Source: an uncultured Poribacteria bacterium
Lineage (GTDB): Bacteria > Poribacteria > WGA-4E > WGA-3G
Direction: 5' to 3'
NCBI GenBank assembly: GCA_951813565.1
Contig: OX638351.1
Coordinates: 704,001-768,000 of the forward strand
Length of the DNA stretch: 64,000 nucleotides
The notes under the pieces are model-generated. The model saw nothing but the letters and a program-made list of their open reading frames with translations, had not been told where the DNA came from and ran no database searches. This document shows, one piece after another, positions 9,334-18,830 of this stretch. The translations under genes were made by a program, and so were the position numbers. Within the stretch, counting starts at the first letter, position 1. The number at the start of each line of letters is the position of its first letter.

Positions 9334-10608
9334 TCAGATTCGCGATAATGCCCGATACCCAATATCTGTTCGCCAATGTGCATTATCAATATGGATCGCA
9401 GAAACACCACGATATGCCTGTTCTATAGCCGATTTTAGGTCGTCTGCCAACGCTGTAACACCTAACACGCGCCCACCATTTGTGACCACATTCTCTCCAT
9501 CCTGTTTTGTTCCCGCGTGAAAAACGTTAACGCCATCAATTAATGAAGCGTCTGCTAAGCCTGTTATGATTTTTCCTGTCTGATACGGGTTTGGGTATCC
9601 GCCAGAAGCCATTACAACACAGGCTGCTGCTTCAGTATGCCATTGGACATCAGCCAGTTGGTCAAGCGTTCCATCAATACACGCCATCATCAAAGGTACA
9701 AGATCGCTTTTGAGACGGGGCAACAGAACTTGCGCTTCAGGGTCACCAAAACGACAGTTGAACTCCAGTACCTTTGGGCCCGCATCTGTAATCATCAGTC
9801 CAACATATAACACGCCTTTGAACGGACATCCGATGTTTGCCATCCCTTTGACAGTCGGATAAACAACGCGTTCCATAACGTAGTCGTGAAGTTCAGGCGT
9901 CATAACAGGTGCGGGAGAATATGCCCCCATTCCACCAGTATTTTTACCGGTATCCCCATCATGCGACATCTTGTGGTCCTGCGAACTAACAAACGTTAAG
10001 CAGTAAGAACCATCAACAAGAACAGTAAACGATGCTTCTTCTCCGATTAACTCTTCTTCAATGACAACACTATTCCCTGCGTCTCCAAATGTCTTATCAA
10101 CTAAAATTGTCTTGACTGCCTGAGTCGCCTCATCAATAGTCCGTCCGGGGATGACACCTTTGCCAGCCGCTAATCCATCTGCTTTGACGAAAACTGAGGT
10201 GTTGTTCGTTTTGATATAGTCAATTGCTTCATCTACATCTACAAAAGTGCGGTATAATGCAGTGGGGATGTCGTTTTCTACCATCAACTGTTTGGCAAAA
10301 TCCTTGCTTCCTTCAAGTTGTGCGGCTCGTTTATCGGGCCCAAACGCTTTCAAGCCGCGTTCACGAAACACATCAACGATACCAGCTGCTAAAGGGTTTT
10401 CAGGACCGACAACCGTTAAGTCAATGTTAGTGGATTCTGCCCAGTCCGCGAGTTCATCAAAATCATTTCCCATTGGGATTGGCTCAGCAATTTGGGCGAT
10501 GCCTGCGTTCCCAGGAGCACAGTAGATTTTTTCAACAAGTGGACTCTGGGCAATCTTCCATACGAGAGTATGTTCGCGACCTCCTTGTCCAATAACCAGA
10601 ATTTTCAA
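9334..10608 (-). CDS. purD: Phosphoribosylamine-glycine ligase
   Basis: MKILVIGQGGREH, APGNAG, KADGLAAGKGV, NTGGMGAYSP, EFNCRFGDPE. Confidence 0.97.
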   Translation of the reverse strand: MKILVIGQGGREHTLVWKIAQSPLVEKIYCAPGNAGIAQIAEPIPMGNDFDELADWAESTNIDLTVVGPENPLAAGIVDVFRERGLKAFGPDKRAAQLEGSKDFAKQLMVENDIPTALYRTFVDVDEAIDYIKTNNTSVFVKADGLAAGKGVIPGRTIDEATQAVKTILVDKTFGDAGNSVVIEEELIGEEASFTVLVDGSYCLTFVSSQDHKMSHDGDTGKNTGGMGAYSPAPVMTPELHDYVMERVVYPTVKGMANIGCPFKGVLYVGLMITDAGPKVLEFNCRFGDPEAQVLLPRLKSDLVPLMMACIDGTLDQLADVQWHTEAAACVVMASGGYPNPYQTGKIITGLADASLIDGVNVFHAGTKQDGENVVTNGGRVLGVTALADDLKSAIEQAYRGVSAIHIDNAHWRTDIGYRALSRI

Positions 10609-10745
10609 CGTGGTGTCCTTTTAGTATGTATTTTTCAGTTCTAAAATAGAGATAAAAAGTCCGTTTCACTCTTCTATTCAAATCTATATTTTAACATAGT
10701 TTAGTCAACTATTCAACAAAAAAGTTCGTTAGGAATAGGATTGTT

Positions 10746-10874
10746 TACGGTGAATTATTAAAATAATTAGACACTTCACATGTCCGAGCGATCTCCGAAT
10801 CGCGACGGAACAGTGGTATTCTGCATGATTCACCGCCTACTGGGTGAAGTGTTTATTTTTTCTAATCCACTATA
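10746..10874. mobile_element. TATAGTGGA-ended MITE containing a REP; supplies the stop codon of the methyltransferase
   Basis: Imperfect IR tacggtgaatt...aatccactata; family members at 18193, 43445 and 62036. Confidence 0.55.
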
Positions 10875-11479
10875 AGAGGTTTTTCAAATATGAATAGGTT
10901 ATTGCATCCGAACCCCCAACGTTCCCACTTTATTAGATTCCACTGATTGAAAATATCTGGAAGGCATTCTGGATTAAAACCGTAATGCTCATGTATTGAG
11001 AATCCTTCAACAATCTTAAGTGTTTTTAGTAGATCAAGTAACTTCTCAACGCGTGGGTGTTGCACTGTGATTATAACCTGTCCACCCGGTTTCAAGTATT
11101 TCCAGCAAGCATCTGCAACCGATGGGAGGGCATTCATCGGGATATGCTCAACGGTTGCCAACATCGTAATGACATCATAGGTTTCATCTTTAACGAAGTC
11201 GTATGGAAAATACCCAGGTACAAGCTGACACGTCCCAAATTTTACGGTTTGTGTGAGATGTGAGTCAATACCTATAGCTGCTTGCAGATGTCCATTGAGG
11301 TAACGTAAAAAGTTACCGTCTCCAGTCCCAACGTCCAAGAGACGTGCGCCTATCGGAATGTACGGTTCGACTTTAGTAAATCGCAGATATTCAAGGAAGG
11401 AATCCAGGGGTTTTCTTGGATACTGATCGCCTTGTTGATACTTCCTGTTTTTGAGAAATCGGGTAATAGAGTTTGCCAT
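10862..11479 (-). CDS. Class I SAM-dependent methyltransferase
   Basis: LLDVGTGDG, YDVITMLATVEH, LKPGG; abuts the stop of the upstream OST-like gene. Confidence 0.9.
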   Translation of the reverse strand: MANSITRFLKNRKYQQGDQYPRKPLDSFLEYLRFTKVEPYIPIGARLLDVGTGDGNFLRYLNGHLQAAIGIDSHLTQTVKFGTCQLVPGYFPYDFVKDETYDVITMLATVEHIPMNALPSVADACWKYLKPGGQVIITVQHPRVEKLLDLLKTLKIVEGFSIHEHYGFNPECLPDIFNQWNLIKWERWGFGCNNLFIFEKPLIVD

Positions 11480-13338
11480 CTATTCTTTGGCTTGTTCGCT
11501 TGGCTCTATAGCAAGATATTTGTCATCGGTTTCTATATCAGAAGGATAATGAATTTCCCAAATTTTGAGAGGGACGGTATCTTCACCATTTGTAGGATAT
11601 ATTGGGACAAAGATGTCGGAGAAGTCCCCGAGGAAGTAAAGACGAACAGCAAGACTTTGCCAACCGAGATTAGAAATATGGTAGGCTTTTTCAAGATCAT
11701 CCTTTTCATCGTAATAAAGGATAACATTTCCGTGTGGATTGTCGTCAATTGAGGTTTTGTGGATATGGCGTTTGTTGCCCTTGAATGCTACATACGGGAG
11801 GCGTGCTATTCCACCTTCTTTCAGACGTGCCGTTATGAAATCAGGCGGTGATGCTATATCAGGTTCTTCAATGTACAGAAAAGGCGTTTTTTCTATTTTT
11901 GAGAGACGTTTGTATCCAAGTTGAACAAGGCGGGTGAGTCCGAATCTTCTATCAATGTTTTCGTCGCTGCCGATATAAGAATAGGTAGAGGCACGGTCAA
12001 TCAGTCCCCACTCTCTTAACATGAGATGTGTTGCACCGTGCGTTTTGAGAAATTCAAGTGCCTCTCGTACGTCTTGTGCGCAATAGACGTGGCGGTAATA
12101 GAGGTGTATCCAGTGTGGGAGAAACGTGTCCTGATCGGTGATGGTTTTGACACCGCCAAAAACGTTAAGTCGACTGCCATAACTCCAGTTCGCTGCCATG
12201 ACAGTATCTTGTGAAAGTTCGGTATCTATCCAATTGAGTGCTTGCGCGATATCTCCTGTTCCAGGGAGCGGTTTGCGCCAGTAAGCGGCAGCAGGAACTG
12301 TCCTATTTGCATGCCCACCGAGGGGAGTCCAAAAAAGAACGGGTATCAAAACGGCAATTGCAATTGTAGCGGGTATCCACTGCGGTTTTTTGAATTGTTG
12401 TGTGAGTGTCGCTGGCAACTGCCATAAGAGCCATGCAGTGCCGTAGGCAAGCGGGACACCTATGAAGAAATCATAACGTTTTGCACCACGTGAGAGTGCC
12501 ACCCACAACACAAACCACACAAGCATTATAACTGTTACCAATTCGTTTTTAGTTGTTTCTTTTCGCAAACATGCAATTGCGAGAGTGATGGCCATGAGTC
12601 CCAGTGAAATGAGAAAGAGTGTTTCGCAGCTGCCCTCCCCAATTGCCTCACTTAGAGGCCATCGGAAAAACGTCGTTGCGGTGAAGAGCGTGAGGGCTGT
12701 GGCAAGCGGGATTCCGTTCTGTTTCCAGATATACAAACTCCCAAGTATCAAGCCGAGACTACCCAACATAAATACGGTGCCGTACCGGGCTGGCCAATAT
12801 CCAAAGTTCGGATCAACGAGTTCTGTCATGTCTTTCATGAGTCGGTTTTCTTTAAATATGAACGCGGTATTCTCAAATGTCCCGGATTGCAGCAGAATAT
12901 AACCGATTCCGATTGCAATGCCGAACAGAGTGAGTCCTCCTGCAAGTTTCCGGGCATGCGGACGTAGCGGTGGGTAATATTTCAAAAGCAGGTATCTCAA
13001 TCCACGCATGATGAAAACTGCAATCGGTGGGACAAGCGTAAGTGCTGCCAGATGCGTTGCATAAGTATATCCGCTCCGATAAGCAGGACTGATAAGGTAA
13101 AGTCCCGGAACGAACATGAGTATCCACATTAGATACTCTTTTAGGTGAGATTCTGTCTCTGTAGTGCAGAATTTCCAGAGTTCTGCACAGAGGATAATTA
13201 AAACAAAAAGCCCGAAACTTTCCCATGAGAGTCCACCTAAAAAAACGACAAACCCAGCAAGCGCGGTGGCGAAATATCTGTACCAATTACGAATCCCTTT
13301 ACCTTCTTTTTCAGCAACCCCCGTTCCCCCCTTGACAA

Positions 13339-15017
13339 CTTACTATTACCCATAAGTCGAAATTCTTACTATTGATCATAAATTCGACATAAAGTGCAGA
13401 CATCTATTTTCTTGATTTACATTCACCTGTGCTGTCAAGATAAGTGTATTTTCGCTTGGGTCATTGGGTCATAATATACTTGCATATCAAGGACATTTGT
13501 GTTATGTTCAATAGATATTATTACCAACACAAGTAACACTTATGGATCTGATACATTGGAGTGAATAATGATGTCTACAAACAAGAAAGAGTTATCTACA
13601 TCTTGGAGTATTGAAGAGTTTACGGGTCTTGATTTGGGAGATGCCCGTCTAAATAAAAGGTTGCTCAGCGTTGCAGATGCGTTGGCGGCACATCCTACCG
13701 CAACCATCAACGCTGCGTGTGGCGATTGGGCATCGGTGAAGGGTGCCTATCGTTTATTTGATAATGAAAAGGTTTCTTCAGAGAAGATATTGGCACCTCA
13801 CTTTAGACAGACGATTGCGCGGATGTGTGCGTATCAGCGTGTGTTTGCTATACAAGATACAACCTATCTGGATTACACCGATCACCCGTCAACAGAAGGT
13901 TTAGGTCCGATTGGTGCCTCGTCTCATCACCATTATGGTTTTGTCAAACACACGACACTCATCGTGAGTGGGTCGGGGCTCCCGCTTGGGTGTTTGACAG
14001 ATAAAGTGTGGGTTCGGGATGCGCCGACACAAGAAAAAAAACGGAAATCCAGACCGCTGGTAGAAAAAGAGAGCTACAAGTGGATTGAAGCAGTGTCGGC
14101 AATAAAATCCGAAGCCCCAGAAGGTGTTGAGGTGATTTGCATTTGTGATCGTGAAGCTGATATTTATGAGTTTTTCGTTGAAGCACAAGAGATGCCTTTT
14201 GTAATGCGTGCTGCGCAAGATCGTGTGGTTGATAATGATGTTGGTAGATTGCGTGCTTTAGCAGAAAGTCTACCGGTTGCTGGTGAGTTTAGCATACAAG
14301 TTGCAGCGCGTGGTGCCCAACCTGCCCGAGAAGCAACTCTGAGCGTTAGTTTCACAAAAACGACGCTTCTCCCACCGCATCGTTCGCAAGCATCACGCTC
14401 CCAAGAGCTGCCTGCTGTGGAAATATATCTCGTATGGGTGATAGAGACGAACCCACCCGATGGCACAACACCTGTGGAATGGCTGCTCCTTACAAATGTG
14501 AAAGTCACAGATTTCTCAGATGCGATTGAACGGGTAGACTGGTATACGCAACGCTGGCACATTGAAGTCTATTTCAAAATCCTCAAATCAGGAACGAAAG
14601 TTGAGGAAGTCCGCTTCCAAACCCAAGAGAGACTCCTACGCTTTATTGCCCTGCTGAGCGTGATTGCTTGGCGTCTTTATTGGTTGACAATCATCAATCG
14701 GCAGGCACCGGATACGGACTGCACACATATATTGACTGAAGTTGAGTGGAAAGCACTTTACTGTATAACACATAAGACGCACATTTTACCGAAAAAACTG
14801 CCAACTGTGTCTGAAGTCGTTGTTTGGATCGCCAAACTGGGTGGCTTTTTAGGACGAAAGTCCGATGGTAAACCTGGAGTGACCGTTATTTGGCGAGGAT
14901 GGCAAAGGCTTAGTGATATTTCTGACACCTTTGCTCTTTTTCACCAATACACACAAAACAATATCGGTCAGAACCTTATTGATGGACATGTTCCATAAAC
15001 TTATGGGTAATAGTAAG
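13339..15017 (+). mobile_element. IS4-family (IS50/Tn5-like) insertion sequence, 1679 bp
   Basis: Perfect 19-bp IRs CTTACTATTACCCATAAGT (13339-13357 / 14999-15017); 9-bp TSD CCTTGACAA (13330-13338 / 15018-15026). Confidence 0.95.
13568..14998 (+). CDS. IS4-family Tn5-like DDE transposase
   Basis: LGDARLNKRL, IQDTT, DREADIY, Y..RWHIE.YFK.LK, IAKLGGFLGRKSDG.PG. Confidence 0.95.
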   Translation: MMSTNKKELSTSWSIEEFTGLDLGDARLNKRLLSVADALAAHPTATINAACGDWASVKGAYRLFDNEKVSSEKILAPHFRQTIARMCAYQRVFAIQDTTYLDYTDHPSTEGLGPIGASSHHHYGFVKHTTLIVSGSGLPLGCLTDKVWVRDAPTQEKKRKSRPLVEKESYKWIEAVSAIKSEAPEGVEVICICDREADIYEFFVEAQEMPFVMRAAQDRVVDNDVGRLRALAESLPVAGEFSIQVAARGAQPAREATLSVSFTKTTLLPPHRSQASRSQELPAVEIYLVWVIETNPPDGTTPVEWLLLTNVKVTDFSDAIERVDWYTQRWHIEVYFKILKSGTKVEEVRFQTQERLLRFIALLSVIAWRLYWLTIINRQAPDTDCTHILTEVEWKALYCITHKTHILPKKLPTVSEVVVWIAKLGGFLGRKSDGKPGVTVIWRGWQRLSDISDTFALFHQYTQNNIGQNLIDGHVP

Positions 15018-15704
15018 CCTTGACAAGGGGGTTTAATAGTATCTGTTCTTTCCACAGATAAACGGCAACAGCAAGTACGCCAAGCATCCAGCACCATGCA
15101 TCGCGATCGCCAAAGCCTGCGGCACTACGTTCGACACTTCCTGGTAACGTTGCCAATAGCACGCTAACAATAGACGCAAACAGCAGACCATGACTACGCA
15201 CAAGGACAAGAAATAGTACACCAAGCCCTAAGGTAAAACAGATAGCGGTAATGTAGAGTTGAATGTGGTATCGCGTGAGTGCAGGAAAGAGCCACGCCAT
15301 CGCTTTATGCGTATAAGCGATGGCATAGGAATAAAGTGGTAGCAGTTGACCGTTGTCTCTGCCGAGCGGAAGCCAACGGTGCGTATCGCGTGACGGAAGG
15401 GTGCCGTTTTCTGCAATTTTCTCCGCCATCCACTGATAGAGGAAAGCATCGTTTTCTGTAAAGTGTCCAGCAGGGAGATGCTCTACACCTTGGATACGTA
15501 TCCCAAAAGTGAGAAACATGAGGTATAAAAGTAAGGCACAGACAAGAATTTTCTGAAGATAAGGAGGTAATTGCATCCTAATTTCAATTTTCAGGGATGG
15601 GTTCTGTAAGCTAATTCAATAGCACACTTATAGCAGGGCAAGGTTTCTGACTGTAGAAGTGATCCAACGTTTTGGCAACTACATGTCTTGTGAATCCTTC
15701 ATAC

Positions 15705-15968
15705 CTATTTCGTCTCGTGTTCGGTTGTGGTTAAGACTTTCTTCAATATTGGATTGCTTTCAAACAAATCTTTATTTGCTTTTATTATACGTTCCAGCCG
15801 ATCTGCACAGCATTTGCAGTTTTTCTTCTTTGCAGTAGGTATTGTGATAGCATGTGTTTGCTTTGACGTGTGCATCGGAAGCGTATTCGTTGCGTATCCA
15901 ATAAAACAAACGAGAATACCAACGATGGCAAGGATGCCAACGCTATATACGAAAAAGTTGTCTTTCAT
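15705..15968 (-). CDS. Small single-TM protein with a CxCC motif
   Basis: GGAG RBS, MKDNFF start, TM segment, KKKNCKCC. Confidence 0.6.
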   Translation of the reverse strand: MKDNFFVYSVGILAIVGILVCFIGYATNTLPMHTSKQTHAITIPTAKKKNCKCCADRLERIIKANKDLFESNPILKKVLTTTEHETK

Positions 15969-15988
15969 AAAAGTGACTCTCCATTTTC

Positions 15989-16717
15989 TCAAAACTTCGG
16001 TACAAATCCATGGTCACGAAGCATCTCTAAATGCCTTTTCGCGCCTGCTTCTGAAGCAAAGTTCTGTATCTGTTGTTTAAAAAGTTCAAGGACTTCATCT
16101 ATTGTTTCCTCTGAATATCCTTTTGATTGCCCATTTACCCTTAATGATTCAAAAAAATTAGGTGGCATTTCTTCAAGTACTTTACCACTTCGGATATTTT
16201 CAAAATATGCTTGCTGTTCTTCAGCAGAAAGAGAGTTTAAATGATTTGCAATTTCTTTATTTCGTATTTCTGACTGCTTCTTGACTTCATCTATCCCAGC
16301 TTTAATTTCATTTAACTTGTTATCGATAGTCTCCAAATACTTTCTTTTCTTATCCATTTCCTCGGCACTTAAGTCTTTATGATTATGACCATTAGAATCA
16401 TCCGGATGATGTGTGTGCTGATTTAATACTTCTGACACAGAGTCTGGTAATGTGTTTACTGACCCCTCACTTTCTACAAGTGTATCAGTAGTGTCATCAT
16501 CATCTTCTTCTTGAGATATTTTCTGCCCTTGAGATGTTTCTACAGACGCTGCGTCTGACGTGTTTTCCATTGTTGTTTGGGATTCGGTGTTGTAACGCAT
16601 AACCGGTTCCGCTATGAGTTTAGGACGTACAATGGCGGAATACCATATTGCCCATCCTAATATTCCTATAACACACGAGATGCCTGAAGCAAGAAAGATT
16701 TTTTTCCAAGTGAACAT
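15989..16717 (-). CDS. Hypothetical single-pass membrane/exported protein (acidic linker, His-rich patch, coiled coil)
   Basis: GAGGTG RBS before MFTWKK; TM, EEDDDD, HTHHPDD..GHNH. Confidence 0.7.
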   Translation of the reverse strand: MFTWKKIFLASGISCVIGILGWAIWYSAIVRPKLIAEPVMRYNTESQTTMENTSDAASVETSQGQKISQEEDDDDTTDTLVESEGSVNTLPDSVSEVLNQHTHHPDDSNGHNHKDLSAEEMDKKRKYLETIDNKLNEIKAGIDEVKKQSEIRNKEIANHLNSLSAEEQQAYFENIRSGKVLEEMPPNFFESLRVNGQSKGYSEETIDEVLELFKQQIQNFASEAGAKRHLEMLRDHGFVPKF

Positions 16718-16814
16718 ATTTATCACCTCTTTGGTTTTGAGACAAACACCGCATTTCCAGCAAAAAATCGGTATTTGTCTCATGAAGTTAACGTTTCACA
16801 GAATGAGTAAACAA

Positions 16815-17162
16815 TTAAGAGTCGCAGCCTCCAGTATCACAACCTCCGCCATTGTGTTCTGCTTCGCAAGCATCAATGGCGGCTCTAAGCTCCCTACCAC
16901 GTTCCCAAAGGTAATTTACGACATCATTAGCAGCATCAATCATCCATTGTGGGGCTCCTATATCTATCAGGTAATCCCTTGCGTCTATCGCCCATGATAA
17001 TGCTTTCATAACTAGATTTAATAACACTTCAAGCCAACCACAATGCCACGCCAACGCTGGCATAACAGTTAGAAACATCATAGCACAAATGAGAATTAAA
17101 CTCGTCACAACTAAGAATATAGAGTTGTTTCTCGGCAATGTAATTGTATTCGTCATTTTCAT
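16815..17162 (-). CDS. Small secreted Trp/Cys-rich protein
   Basis: Signal peptide ending PALA; mature part starts WHCGW and ends CEAEHNGGGCDTGGCDS. Confidence 0.65.
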   Translation of the reverse strand: MKMTNTITLPRNNSIFLVVTSLILICAMMFLTVMPALAWHCGWLEVLLNLVMKALSWAIDARDYLIDIGAPQWMIDAANDVVNYLWERGRELRAAIDACEAEHNGGGCDTGGCDS

Positions 17163-17411
17163 TTTCTTCCTTTCCAACTTCTGTCCAAGAAGTTAGTGTT
17201 AGTAGAAGGAGAAAATGCAATTTGTAAACGCTATCCGAATCGTGCTTCCATTTTACACTTATCGCGAACAGTGTTTTGTAAATTGTACCATTTCTCCCAC
17301 AATTTATCAAATAAAATAAATCAATTATTCTCCCGCTTAACCTTTGTAGTGGCGTTTTGCGTTACGGTTTTCTTCCACCGCTTTATCACCCGTTTCACGC
17401 ACACTTCAATG

Positions 17412-18080
17412 TCAGTCGGGGGAGATACCTAATTTTTCGCTAATCTCTTTGAGAGGTTGATTGTCTAAATACCGTTCCATAATCTTCTGTTCTTGAGATG
17501 GAAGATTATCAAGCAGTTCGTCTAATTGGTGCGCAATCGGGCGTAACCACTTGAGTATCCGTTCCCACCTTTTCTGAACAACCTCGGGAGTGGAACCTAT
17601 TGCTTCGGCAATTTGCTTCGGCTTTAGGTCATCTAAGAAGTGTTCAACAACCTCAAGATCCTTTTCTGATAGAAGCCGCAGGAGACAAGTCAATAGATAA
17701 AGATCCATCTCAGTCTGCTGCGTCTGTTGTGCTGCAAGCATTGATGCATCTGCAGCTTCTCTTTCACCATCCATATTATCAAGAGAGACGAATTCAGACA
17801 TCTGCTTAACTTCTCGTTGTCTGTCTCTTAATCGGTCAATCGCCGCATTTTTCGCGGTGGCATATAACCATCCGACGAGTTTATCTGGATACTTGATCGT
17901 TTCTCTCTTGTTGAAGGCTTTGCAGAAGGTTTCACTCGTGATTTCATCTGCATCGTGATGATTTCCTATGATCTTGGTAACGGAAGCACGGATTGGTTCA
18001 TAATACTTCCGCATAAGCAGACTTAGTGCTTCATCGCTACCTGTTTCCACAAATTGCCGATTTAGGACGTTATCATTCAT
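17412..18080 (-). CDS. ECF-type sigma-70 factor with two sigma4-like modules (second truncated by a probable frameshift)
   Basis: DADEITSETF..A, WLYATAKNAAIDRLR; two HTH segments; GGAGGAG RBS. Confidence 0.85.
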   Translation of the reverse strand: MNDNVLNRQFVETGSDEALSLLMRKYYEPIRASVTKIIGNHHDADEITSETFCKAFNKRETIKYPDKLVGWLYATAKNAAIDRLRDRQREVKQMSEFVSLDNMDGEREAADASMLAAQQTQQTEMDLYLLTCLLRLLSEKDLEVVEHFLDDLKPKQIAEAIGSTPEVVQKRWERILKWLRPIAHQLDELLDNLPSQEQKIMERYLDNQPLKEISEKLGISPD

Positions 18081-18192
18081 CTCCTCCCCCAGTGACTATA
18101 ATCACTACCTTCATAAATAGTCACGTAAATTTGGGGACAATTCCGACATAAAATCGTATATTTTAGAAAATTTTGATTTATGCGTCCGTATA

Positions 18193-18362
18193 TATAGTGA
18201 CCTTTAGAATTAACAGGACATTTTGAGTTGTAGGAGGGAACTCTGATTCCCGACTATCAATGCGTTTTGTCGCGATTCGGAGATCGCTCCCGCCAAATGC
18301 CAAAAGCGCATTTGGCGTTGATTCACAGAAAATGTGCCTCTTTAATTTCAAAGTTCACCATA
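18193..18362. mobile_element. TATAGTG-ended MITE with REP doublet and micro-element insert
   Basis: Imperfect terminal IR; internal gtaggagggaactctgattcccgac...gtcgcgattcggagatcgctcc as at 43483-43543. Confidence 0.55.
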
Positions 18363-18830
18363 CAACTAATTTAATCTTAATACATGTCTATCGGTACTGA
18401 AATTTCCGTAGTCGATTTGATAACAAAGCAAATAAACTAAAATACGGTCAGAGTTGAAACTTCTTATGAAACAAGACTTATGTAAAACGTCCAGCATGGA
18501 TTCACTAAAACAGTGGTATATAATACCCTTTATAATTTAAGACACAGTATTATGCCGGAAAGGGTGCATAGCATAAAAAATATTGGGTCTCATCTAAAAA
18601 TAGATTTGCGTTAGTCCAATATAAAGATAATTTTAGTGTGTAGGGTTCATGTTGGGTTTCGTTCCTCAACCCAACCTACAATATAACCTTTTAGGAACAC
18701 GCATCAATTGGTAATTCTTAAAACTAATATCCCTGGCAAATACTACTTGTCTATTGTCAATTTTCAATCTATTGTGATACAATAATTGGAAATAGAGAAA
18801 TCTACTTCATTTGGATTATTGGAGGACTAT

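Larger units (their letters stand above)
11480..15576 (-). pseudogene. STT3/AglB-like GT-C oligosaccharyltransferase-related gene interrupted by an IS4 element
   Basis: N-part 15018-15576 (FTENDAFLY, RWLPLG, RSAAGFGDRD) and C-part 11480-13338 (KRYDFF, ALNWI...VMAANWSYG). Removing the IS plus one 9-bp TSD restores a single ~802-aa frame. Confidence 0.85.

Noticed and set aside
12873..13286. Separate 137-aa ORF
   Set aside because: Off-frame overlap; the true frame is the continuation of the IS-split OST-like gene.
15001..15017. C-terminus AYYYP* of the 191-aa ORF
   Set aside because: Read-through into the IS inverted repeat, not native sequence.
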